Part shown: positions 52,199 through 62,294 of the stretch, piece by piece
Position numbering within the stretch: position 1 is the first letter of the stretch
How the letters are laid out: each line of letters opens with the position of its first letter
Source: Macrostomum lignano
Taxonomy: Eukaryota
Direction of reading: 5' to 3'
Assembly (NCBI GenBank): GCA_002269645.1
Contig: NIVC01002335.1
Span: forward strand, 62,001 to 126,000
DNA length: 64,000 nucleotides
Program-made: the position numbers and the translations under genes
Notes under the pieces: generated by a model
What the model was told of the DNA's origin: nothing
Databases searched by the model: none
The model's input: only the letters and a program-made list of their open reading frames with translations

Positions 52199-52423
52199 AT
52201 GAAGCTGCACCTTCTCCTCGCCATCGTGGCCGTTGCTGTGGCCGCAGTCGCCGTGACTGGCGAGCGACAATTCGACGAAGATGTCGAGCAGCCAGACGAC
52301 TTCGAATCGGCTCTGGACGACATCGCTGGCGACAGCCTCGAGGAGCCGCTGGAGAGCGACGAGGACGACATCAGCCAAGTTGCCAGACTCGGGCGCCGGC
52401 GCACCTTCAATAAAAAGAAGTAG
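52199..52423 (+). CDS. Small secreted precursor, 74 aa (candidate neuropeptide or antimicrobial-peptide precursor)
   Basis: atcATGaag start; signal peptide MKLHLLLAIVAVAVAAVAVTG; acidic spacer; C-terminus ARLGRRRTFNKKK*. GC-rich codon usage like the true exons; TATTTAT about 95 nt upstream. Confidence 0.8.
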   Translation: MKLHLLLAIVAVAVAAVAVTGERQFDEDVEQPDDFESALDDIAGDSLEEPLESDEDDISQVARLGRRRTFNKKK

Positions 52424-52844
52424 AGGCGGGCGTGCTCGGCCTACTCGGAGGTCAACTGCTCAACCTGACACTTGTTTGCCAAGCTAATTATTGACTACGC
52501 ATTACTTTATTAAGTAACTGCTACTAAATATAAGCTCACACGGAGAATACATCAAAAGAAGCGGTTTTCAAAACCCGACAGTTTTTTATTTCTTCAGTTC
52601 AAATTTGCATTGAATTCGATATTTACTCAATAAGTTAAGGCTTATAACTAGGTATTGTACAATTTTGCATGATTATAACAAGTTTAATACCGGATGTGAC
52701 ATTTATACTCGTACATGACTTTCTGCTCTCTAGTGAGTCTTTGCCACCAGTCTGAGATGCTAATGTGCATGTGGTGAGCTAATCACATACTACACTCGTA
52801 GCTAATGTATGCCATTATTCACCGGTCTGTCTCAAGTGTCTGTT

Positions 52845-53600
52845 TCTCTTAGTGTCTGTCTTAGTGTCTGTCTTAGTGCCTGTCTTAGTGTCTGTCTTAG
52901 TGTCTGTCTTAGTGCCTGTCTTAGTGTCTGTCTGTCTTAGTGTCTGTCTTAGTGTCTGTCTTAGTGCCTGTCTTAGTGTCTGTCTGTCTTAGTGCCTGTC
53001 TGTCTTAGTGTCTGTCTGTCTTAGTGTCTGTCTTAGTGTCTGTCTTAGTGCCTGTCTTAGTGTCTGTCTGTCTTAGTGCCTGTCTGTCTTAGTGCCTGTC
53101 TTAGTGCCTGTCTTAGTGTCTGTCTTAGTGTCTGTCTGTCTTAGTGCCTGTCTGTCTTAGTGTCTGTCTGTCTTAGTGTCTGTCTTAGTGTCTGTCTTAG
53201 TGCCTGTCTTAGTGTCTGTCTGTCTTAGTGCCTGTCTGTCTTAGTGCCTGTCTTAGTGCCTGTCTTAGTGTCTGTCTTAGTGTCTGTCTGTCTTAGTGTC
53301 TGTCTTAGTGTCTGTCTTAGTGCCTGTCTTAGTGTCTGTCTGTCTTAGTGCCTGTCTGTCTTAGTGCCTGTCTGTCTTAGTGCCTGTCTGTCTTAGTGCC
53401 TGTCTTAGTGTCTGTCTGTCTTAGTGTCTGTCTGTCTTAGTGTCTGTCTTAGTGTCTGTCTTAGTGCCTGTCTTAGTGTCTGTCTGTCTTAGTGCCTGTC
53501 TGTCTTAGTGCCTGTCTGTCTTAGTGTCTGTCTGTCTTAGTGCCTGTCTGTCTTGGTGTCTGTCTCTCTTAGTGTCTCTCTGTTTGTCTGTCTGTCATTT
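52845..53600. repeat. 12/16-bp minisatellite
   Basis: tgtcttagtgyc(tgtc) units. Confidence 0.94.
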
Positions 53601-53999
53601 TGTCCGGCTATCTTTCTTACAAGAACGTTGCACAAAAAAGGACAGCAGAGGGCAGCCAGCCGCCCGCCATTTCATCCAATGCAGTTGAGCAGGTCTTACT
53701 TACTGTTTTGGGAGGGAGGGTGATTCAGAGCCGTGTGAGTGCCCCAGCACCAAACTGTATCTTAATTTACGAGTCAAAAATGCAACGCACGAACAGAGTT
53801 GACAGTCCTTAAGCAATAAGGCAGGACCATCCCATTGTTGCAGTGTAGTCTGAATTGCAGAGTATTCTAAACTGGTATTTGCTTTTTTACCAGTCTGAGA
53901 TCCCGCAGTACTGCTTTAGAAATGTGCTCCATAGCCAGTGCTTTTTATTAGGCTTGAAGTGCAGTATGAAATATCTTACAGAATATGTCTTGCGATGCC

Positions 54000-56280
54000 T
54001 GGCTTTGGTGTCTTGGTGTGTCTTGGTGAGTCTTGGTGTGTCTTGGTGTGTCTTGGTGTGTCTTGGTGAGTCTTGGTGTGTCTTGGTGAGTCTTGGTGTG
54101 TCTTGCTGAGTCTTGGTGTGTCTTGGTGAGTCTTGGTGAGTCTTGGTGTGTCTTGGTGTGTCTTGGTGTGTCTTGCTGAGTCTTGGTGTGTCTTGGTGAG
54201 TCTTGGTGAGTCTTGGTGTGTCTTGGTGAGTCTTGGTGAGTCTTGGTGTGTCTTGGTGTGTCTTGGTGTGTCTTGGTGTGTCTTGGTGAGTCTTGGTGAG
54301 TCTTGGTGTGTCTTGGTGTGTCTTGCTGAGTCTTGGTGTGTCTTGGTGTGTCTTGGTGAGTCTTGGTGTGTCTTGGTGTGTCTTGGTGTGTTTTGCTGAG
54401 TCTTGGTGTGTCTTGGTGAGTCTTGCTGAGTCTTGGTGTGTCTTGGTGAGTCTTTGTGAGTCTTGGTGTGTCTTGGTGTGTCTTGGTGAGTCTTGGTGTG
54501 TCTTGGTGAGTCTTGGTGTGTCTTGGTGTGTCTTGGTGTGTCTTGACGTGTCTTGGTGAGTCTTGGTGTGTCTTGGTGTGTCTTGGTGTGTCTTGGTGAG
54601 TCTTGGTGTGTCTTGGTGTGTCTTGGTGAGTCTTGGTGTGTCTTGGTGTGTCTTGACGTGTCTTGGTGAGTCTTGGTGTGTCTTGGTGTGTCTTGGTGAG
54701 TCTTGCTGAGTCTTGGTGTGTCTTGGTTTGTCTTGGTGTGTCTTGGTGTGTCTTTCTGAGTCTTGGTATGTCTTGGTGAGTCTTGGTGTGTCTTTGTGAG
54801 TCTTGGTGTGTCTTGGTGTGTCTTGCTGAGTCTTGGTGTGTCTTGGTGTGTCTTGGTGAGTCTTGGTGTGTCTTGGTGTGTCTTGGTGAGTCTTGGTGTG
54901 CCTTGGTGTGTCTTGGTGTGTCTTGGTGTGTCTTGCTGAGTCTTGCTGAGTCTTGGTGTGTCTTGGTGTGTCTTGGTGTGTCTTGGTATGTCTTGCTGAG
55001 TCTTGCTCAGTCTTGGTGTGTCTTGGTGTGTCTTGGTGAGTCTTGGTGTGTCTTGGTGTGTCTTGGTGAGTCTTGGTGTGTCTTGGTGAGTCTTGGTGTG
55101 TCTTGGTGTGTCTTGGTGTGTCTTGACGTGTCTTGGTGAGTCTTGGTGTGTCTTGGTGTGTCTTGGTGTGTCTTGGTGAGTCTTGGTGTGTCTTGGTGTG
55201 TCTTGGTGAGTCTTGGTGTGTCTTGGTGTGTCTTGGTGTGTATTGGTGAGTCTTGGTGTGTCTTGGTGTGTCTTGGTGAGTCTTGCTGAGTCTTGGTGTG
55301 TCTTGGTTTGTCTTGGTGTGTCTTGGTGTGTCTTGCTGAGTCTTGGTGTGTCTTGGTGTGTCTTGGTGTGTCTTGGTGTGTCTTGGCGTGCCTTGGTGTG
55401 TCTTGGTGTGTCTTGGTGTGTCTTGGTGTGTCTTGGTGTGTCTTGGTGTGTCTTGCTGAGTCTTGCTGAGTCTTGGTGTGTCTTGGTGTGTCTTGGTGTG
55501 TCTTGGTATGTCTTGCTGAGTCTTGCTCAGTCTTGGTGTGTCTTGGTGTGTCTTGGTGAGTCTTGGTGTGTCTTGGTGTGTCTTGGTGAGTCTTGGTGTG
55601 TCTTGGTGAGTCTTGGTGTGTCTTGGTGTGTCTTGGTGTGTCTTGACGTGTCTTGGTGAGTCTTGGTGTGTCTTGGTGTGTCTTGGTGTGTCTTGGTGAG
55701 TCTTGGTGTGTCTTGGTGTGTCTTGGTGAGTCTTGGTGTGTCTTGGTGTGTCTTGGTGTGTATTGGTGAGTCTTGGTGTGTCTTGGTGTGTCTTGGTGAG
55801 TCTTGCTGAGTCTTGGTGTGTCTTGGTTTGTCTTGGTGTGTCTTGGTGTGTCTTGCTGAGTCTTGGTGTGTCTTGGTGTGTCTTGGTGTGTCTTGGTGTG
55901 TCTTGGCGTGCCTTGGTGTGTCTTGGTGTGTCTTGGTGTGTCTTGGTGTGTCTTGGTGTGTCTTGGTGTGTCTTGGTGTGTCTTGGCGTGTCTTGCTGAG
56001 TCTTGGTGTGCCTTGGTGTGTCTTGGTGAGTCTTGGTGTGTCTTGGTGTGTCTTGGTGTGTCTTTTGTGAGTCTCGATGTGGCTTGGCGTGCCTTGGCGT
56101 GCCTTGGCGTGCCTTGGCGTGCCTTGGCGTGCCTTGGCGTGTCTTTGTGAGTCTCGATGCGCATTGGCGTGCTTGGTGTGCCCCAATTTGCCCCAGTGTG
56201 TCTTGCAATGCCTGGCTTTGGTGTCTTGGTGTGTCTTGACGTGTCTTGGTGAATCTTGGTGAGTCTTGGTGATTCTTGAT
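54000..56280. repeat. 10-bp minisatellite
   Basis: (tcttggtgtg / tcttggtgag)n. Confidence 0.96.
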
Positions 56281-56324
56281 GTGTGTTTGGCGTACTTTGT
56301 GTCCTAAAGTCAGTCTTCCTGAAG

Positions 56325-56770
56325 TCATTCTCCCAAAGTCACTCTTTCCCAAAGTCACTCTTTCCCAAAGTCACTCTTTCCCAAAGTCACTCTTTCCCAA
56401 AGTCACTCTTTCCCAAAGTCACTCTTTCCCAAAGTCACTCTTTCCCAAAGTCACTCTTTCCCAAAGTCACTCTTTCCCAAAGTCACTCTTTCCCAAAGTC
56501 ACTCTTTCCCAAAGTCACTCTTTCCCAAAGTCACTCTTTCCCAAAGTCACTCTTTCCCAAAGTCACTCTTTCCCAAAGTCACTCTTTCCCAAAGTCACTC
56601 TTTCCCAAAGTCACTCTTTCCCAAAGTCACTCTTTCCCAAAGTCACTCTTTCCCAAAGTCACTCTTTCCCAAAGTCACTCTTTCCCAAAATCACTCTTTC
56701 CCAAAGTCACTCTTTCTCAAAGTCACTCTTTCCCAAAGTCACTCTTTCCCAAAGTCACTCCTAAAGTCAC
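56325..56770. repeat. 16-bp minisatellite
   Basis: (aaagtcactctttccc)n, almost perfect. Confidence 0.96.
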
Positions 56771-57076
56771 TCTCTTCCGAATTCTCTCTTTCCTGAAGTT
56801 ACTTCTTCCTAAAGTTACTGTTTGCGAAAGTGTGATCAATCATAAGGTTTAAACGAAATTTTACCTCTTCAATAATTGCTGCAGTATCTCCCAAGCAGGT
56901 AGTTTAGTTTTCGTCAATCTATTTCAATCGCAGCGAAGCCAGGGGACTACAAATATGCAGACAAACAACGAACAGTAACATCAATAACTAAAGCGATTGG
57001 TACAGAAACAATGCAAAACAATAAGAATTGCATGCATACAATTTACAGCGCTTAGCTACTAATATACAATTTCAAA

Positions 57077-57082
57077 TTTATT
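57077..57082 (-). promoter_or_regulatory. Candidate polyadenylation signal for LDB
   Basis: AATAAA on the minus strand about 47 nt after the stop codon. Confidence 0.55.
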
Positions 57083-57128
57083 AGCGAACGATCGGAATGG
57101 CTCTGGTCGGTTTCCTATATATATAGCG

Positions 57129-57313
57129 TCAAGCCTTAATGGCTGTGTGCGACTTGTTTTGCTGCTGCTGCGGCGTCTGTTGCTGCTGTTGAATTGTCTG
57201 TGGCGGAGTCTGCGAGCCGCTTGCCTGCTGCTGCTCAACCATGGAGGAGAGAGTCGGCCACGCCTGGCTCGGCGTTCTCGGAGTTACGAACTCGAATCCG
57301 TTCTGAGGCGGGC
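57129..57313 (-). CDS. LDB: LDB terminal exon (Gln-rich)
   Basis: ccgcag|PPQNGFEFVTPRTPSQAW...QQQQNKSHTAIKA*; phase 1 matches the exon-6 donor. Confidence 0.8.
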
Positions 57314-60175
57314 CTGCGGGTGGTGACCGTTTGTTATTTTGTTAAAACACTGACCAACTCGACAACAACAGCACAGAACACTGACCAACTCGACAACAAC
57401 AGCCCAGAACACTGACCAACTCGACAACAACAGCCCAGAACACTGAGCAACTCGACAACAACAGCTCAGAACACTGACCAACTCGACAACAACAGCACAG
57501 AACACTGACCAACTCGATAACAATATCTCAGAACACTGACCAACTTGATAACAATATCTCAGAACACTGACCAACTCGATAACAAAAACAACTCGAACAC
57601 TGACAAACTCGACAACAGCTGCCCAGAACACTGACCAACTTGGCAACAACAGCTCAGAACACTGACCGACTCGACAACAACAGCTCAGAACTCTGACAAA
57701 CTCGATAACACGAGTTAAGAAAACGGATTAAATAAGTAAGCAGACTTCAAAGCAAACTCACAAGAATAAGCTGCATGCGGATGCTGCAACTGCCGTGACG
57801 GCTGTTTACTGCCGGTGAAATATCCCTGAGGTGGCAGCGGCGTTGGCGGCGGCGGCGGCAGCGGATTCGGGCAGTGCTGGCTCAGCATCGAGGCGAACCG
57901 GCCAACGGGTCGGCCAGTTGAGTCGCGCTCGAATGAATTCTCCAGCGGTCCGCAGGCGGGTATTTCGAAGCCACCAGGCCCCGATCGCAGACAACCGTTC
58001 GGTAGTGCGTTGGGGTTGAACTGGCGATTTTCTAGTCGCGTTATCAACCGCTCGTCCTCGGCCCCAAACTCGCCGCCCATGAGAGTGGGCTCACCGACTA
58101 TCATCACGTCCTTGTGCAGGAGGAGGGGGTTGCTCTATGCTAATAATAGTAATGTTTGTAGGAAGGCTGTTCACGGTCCAGCTCACTTGGATCACTTGGT
58201 CCAGCCCGTTTCAAAGGTAACGAGCTCGCTGACTCCCTCGCTAAGACGGGTACCCAGATTAATGACTGGGCGGATACCCTGCACCTGCGCACATGGGATG
58301 GCATTTCCGACTGCCGCCAATCCCGAGCGGCAGTGCCCAACCCGTCCCTCAAGCTGTGGAGAATCCTTTTGAACCAAAATCGAAAAGATATCCGCGATCT
58401 CACTATGACCTTCACAGGTCACGGTTGCTTTGCCAGGCACTGTTTCCTCCGAGGCGTCCCCCGGAGTGAACTTTGCCTCCCTTTGCAACCTCGAGAACGA
58501 AGACGCCAAGCACTTTGTCTGCTACTGCCCGGCCTTCAACCGAGACCGGCTCAACCACCTCGGGCCCAACCGGTCCCTGGATGACGTTTGCTGGCCAGAG
58601 AACATCCCACGGCTCATCCGGTTCCTCCGGGCTACCAAACGAGTCTCCGTCTTCCCCACCGAAGACAAGGCTGCAGACAGGACCGGCAGACCTCCCTGAC
58701 CGGCCCCGCGCCCTAGCTTTTGCGGGCTCTTTAGGGATTAGCGGAATGGGCGACGCTCGCCTCCCCGCTGCGTCTTCGGACCGCCCTGCAGCTAAGTCAG
58801 GAAGGCTGTTGGCACCCTGGAGCAACTTTTCCAGCAACATCGTCTCACAACCAGCGCTGACGGCAATTCTACACATTCCGCTGACCCCTGAGCACATACA
58901 AGAGCGCCAATGCTCCGCGTCAGTAGTATGGTTATACTACTGAGTAGAGGTGGCTTAGTAGCCATCAAATCATTTTATGGGAATATTTCAGAAGGACATT
59001 AAAGAAGCAAAAGATTACTGTACGCTCATTCCGTTGACTTCAGTGCACGAAACATGATGAGTACACACAGCCTCACAGTGGGCACTGTGTATTATTCTTA
59101 ATTACGTTCTTATCTTATTACATTCTCATCTTGTCACGTCGGGCTTGTGCACGAAAATTGACCGAAGGGCTGTACGGCGATTCACATCCGTCAGGGCCAA
59201 CCCCCAAGGCTCAGAGAGTGTACGTGCCTGACGATTGGAGAGTCAGGGGCCGCTGTGCACCCGCTGTGTGAGCGCGTGTGTATTGTCACAGCATTGCATT
59301 GCACAGCAAGCCCCAGGCCTGCGAACTCGGGACCTCAGATTCAAGAATTTGATCTGATCCAACTGCCCCTCTGTCTTTTCTGTCTTTGAGGAATTGCGTC
59401 TCTTTTTTATTTGAATTTGCGTCACACGGCAGTAGCTGACGTTTCTCTTTCTAGTTAATTGTCCTGCCGATTTCCCCGACAGCGGTTGGACCCTGATGGA
59501 ATTTTTTCGCGATCGCCAAAGCAAATCCGGATTGCCAGTCTGGCCAAAGTCGCGACAAAGGCGGGGCCCTCACCGGTGGCTAATGAAGGGCCGGGGGAGT
59601 CGCTTCCTCTTCTTCCCCGACAATTATCGTGAGCAATTTTCTATAGGGGAGAAAATCTCTAGAAACGTCTTCCCTGCTGCTCCAAAGAGTCCGAATCTCG
59701 AGAGAGGGGGGATGAGAGACGATTCGGTTAATGGAAAACTTCGATATGGAATTTCTGACAAAGACTGGGAGTGAACGGGCGGCCACTAATTTCATTAGTG
59801 ACCGGGTCGAATCGAGCTCGGGATCCTCCCAGACGGTGTCTCTACGTCTACGTCTTGGCTGGGGGTGAGCGGAAGGGATAAAAGATGGAGTCTCGGTGGG
59901 GGGGGAGACGGAAAATATGGGAGATTCAACAGCATCGCTGTTGACGGGACTGGCTTGCCCCGATGAAGGTTTGGGGGTAGAAAATACACATGTGCGGATG
60001 AAGCGAAGAGGCTGAGTCACTGCTCAATGCCCCCAGGCATCACAGGCTGCGCCTGTTCAGTCGCTGATTTCCCTGGCAGTATTCTCACCTTCTGGCGCTA
60101 TATCTGCGCGTCTTCTCTCTCTCGTCCAAGTGGTTTCATTCGATACCGATAAATTCCTTGACTCACCCCTTGCAA

Positions 60176-60226
<51 letters not shown>

Positions 60227-62294
60227 CTGCTTCTGTGCTGCGCCAGACGCTGCCCCTGTCGTCTTCTTCTTGCCCTTCTTGGCACGACCGACACTGGTAG
60301 CTGGCGTCGAGTCAGTTTCCGGGGCGTTGCCATGGATACCATTGTTATTGTTGTTGTTGTTGCCACTGTTGCTGCTATTCGTCTTTCTTTTGCGGCGTTT
60401 GCTTTGAGTTCGACTCGATTCTAAAATTTGAGAATTTGATGCGGAAATTAAGTTTTTACAAAAGAAATTTGATGCAGGTAGATTTGCAGGCAGGTCACAT
60501 TCCTATCTTGTCACATTCCCATCTTGTTACATTCCCAACCAGTCACATTCCCATCTTATTACTCATTAAATTCCCAATCAGTCGTATTCTCATCTTGTCA
60601 CATTCCTATCTTGTTACATTTCCATCTCATTACGTTTTTATCTCATTAAATTCCCAATCAGTCCCATTCTCATCTTGTCACATTCTCATCTTGTCACATT
60701 CCTATCTTGTCATATTTCCATCTTATTACGTTTTTATCTTATTAAATTCCCAATCAGTCCCATTCTCATCTTGTCACATTCCCATCTTGTCACGGCGACA
60801 CACCGGGAGGCGCCACCATGCGCTGCCACTTCTGAAACAGAGTTGTCTTCAAGCAGTCCCTGGGGTGCAGGCCGTAGGCCTTCTGCCGGCTCATCAGCTC
60901 CTGCATTGGCTCGAGGATGATGCAGAGGCGAAGAAAGTGCAGCGTGTGGTTCGTGATGCCCTGGCGAGTGATGTTGTGCGACATCTGATCCAGCACCTGG
61001 GGATCCTGGAGGATACGGTGGTGATTGGCTATCCGCTTTAACATTTCCCTCTCCCTCCGCCGCTTTGCCCCGCCCGCCCAACCTGATGAGAGCCGACCGC
61101 CTGTCTGGGCACCATCTCTCGGCAGCTGCGGATCTGGAAGAGCCAGCTCTTGATCCGCATCATGTCGTCGAAGGTGAACTCCAGCACCAGCCGGCCCTCG
61201 GTTACCACGTTGGTGAGCATCGGCCGGACGTGGGTCGCGTGCATCTCGCCTCGGTCGCAGTCCAGAGTCAAGCTGGTGTTGTGAAACGATTCCCGGGCGT
61301 TCTTTAGGAATATGTACATGTCGGCCACTCCTCCGTCAAAGATGCTGCGAAAGTACCGCGGGATCAGGGTGCGACCGATGGCTGCAATGGCGGCGAGATG
61401 TGAGGGGGTGTTCGGGCCGGTGCTTAATTAGTCGGCAACACTAAAGGCTCATTAATAAATTCACTAATGTTGGTAAAAACTTATCAGAGGACGAGACTTG
61501 ATGAACAAGGCTGAGGTCGGCAAGATCAAAGATATCAATACCATCAAACTGAGTGAACAGGGCAGAGGTCGGCAAGATCAAAGGTGGCATCAAACTGAGT
61601 GAACAGGGCTGAGGTCGGCAAGATCAAAGGTGGCATCAAACTGAGTGAACAGGGCTGAGGTCGGCAAGATCAAAGGTGGCATCAAACTGAGTGAACAGGG
61701 CTGAGGTCGGCAAGATCAAAGGTGGCATCAAACTGAGTGAACAGGGCTGAGGTCGGCAAGATCAAAGGTTAACACAAAAGCTTCAACACACAGGGTGGGC
61801 AGCGGAAAGTTAAAAAAAACAGTACTTGAGCTGTTAGATATCTTGTATCTTCCACTCACAATAGCGCTTCGGCCCGTCCTCCATCAGCAGCTGGATGGTG
61901 AGCACCGAGTCGTCCTCGAAAAACTCGGTGGCAAACTGGTCCCACCAGAAGTTCTGGCCGTCGCTTTCGCACTGTTATAAAAGTTAATTTTATAAATATT
62001 TGTCTATCGATGAAGACATTATATGCCAGAACAGTTTCCCCCACTGACCTCTGGCCGCTGCTGCAGTCGCTTGTTCATCTCATGGATCCGAACGTCTGGA
62101 GTTCCCATCAGGCAGTGCTGCTGCGGGGGCGGCGGCGGCGGCAGAGGTGTCCTAAAAAATGGTGGGTCTTGATAAAATGCCTGCTGCTGCGGTGGCGGCG
62201 GAGGTGGCGGTGGCGGCGGCCCGAGCATCGACATCATAGGTCCAGCCAACGGCGACATTCCCGACGGAGTTGGAGGCGGCGGCGGCGGCAGCAT
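57129..62294 (-). CDS. LDB: LIM domain-binding protein (LDB1/LDB2/Chip family), 548 aa; complement(join(57129..57313,57762..58110,60167..60420,60804..61005,61083..61381,61860..61971,62049..62294))
   Basis: Dimerisation domain (RIHEMNKRLQ, WWDQFATEFFEDD, IGRTLIPRYFRSIF), LCCD (LCIILEPMQELMSR, RDCLKTTLFQKWQRMVAPP), NLS KRRKRK, LIM-interaction domain DVMIVGEPTLMGGEFGAEDERLITRLEN. All junctions are GT-AG and in phase; an in-frame TAA lies upstream of the ATG. Confidence 0.95.
57345..57710. repeat. 31-bp minisatellite filling the last LDB intron
   Basis: aacactgaccaactcgacaacaacagcycag. Confidence 0.93.
57762..58110 (-). CDS. LDB: LDB exon 6 (LIM-interaction domain)
   Basis: cacaag|DVMIVGEPTLMGGEFG...HAAYS|gtgagt. 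Confidence 0.92.
58170..58699 (+). mobile_element. Decayed 5'-truncated non-LTR retrotransposon (end of RNase H plus CCHC zinc knuckle), antisense in an LDB intron
   Basis: VQLTWI...KGNELADSLAKTG (RNase H C-terminus), then TGHGCFARH...C-(frameshift)-LCNLENEDAKHFVCYCPAF...R. This is typical of ORF2 ends in I/R1/LOA/Tad1-type LINEs. Two frameshifts. Confidence 0.8.
59193..59272. repeat. Dispersed ~80-bp hairpin-forming repeat, copy 2
   Basis: 3 mismatches to copy 1 over the first ~55 nt. Confidence 0.85.
60167..60420 (-). CDS. LDB: LDB exon 5 (NLS, poly-N, poly-Q)
   Basis: ttttag|ESSRTQSKRRKRK...Q16LQG|gtgagt. Confidence 0.92.
60490..60790. repeat. 16-bp-based degenerate repeat in an LDB intron
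   Basis: cattcycatcttgtca units. Confidence 0.85.
60804..61005 (-). CDS. LDB: LDB exon 4
   Basis: ctccag|DPQVLDQMSHNITR...KWQRMVAPP|gtgtgt. Confidence 0.95.
61083..61381 (-). CDS. LDB: LDB exon 3
   Basis: ttgcag|IGRTLIPRYF...FDDMMRIKSW...GSHQ|gttggg. Confidence 0.95.
61510..61770. repeat. 46-bp tandem repeat, ~5.5 copies
   Basis: caagatcaaaggtggcatcaaactgagtgaacagggctgaggtcgg. Confidence 0.93.
61860..61971 (-). CDS. LDB: LDB exon 2
   Basis: taacag|CESDGQNFWWDQFATEFFEDD...GPKRY|gtgagt. Confidence 0.95.
62049..62294 (-). CDS. LDB: LDB coding exon 1 (Pro-rich N-terminus)
   Basis: MLPPPP...DVRIHEMNKRLQQRPE|gtcagt. Confidence 0.9.

Noticed and set aside
53887-56358. 823-aa TKTHQDTPRH ORF
   Set aside because: It is the stop-free frame of a 10-bp satellite, with no domain, splice or codon-usage support.
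61510-61770. CRISPR-like regular repeat (also the 40-bp array at 22070 and the 70-bp array at 24095)
   Set aside because: These are head-to-tail tandem copies with no unique spacers, in eukaryotic introns, with no cas genes.
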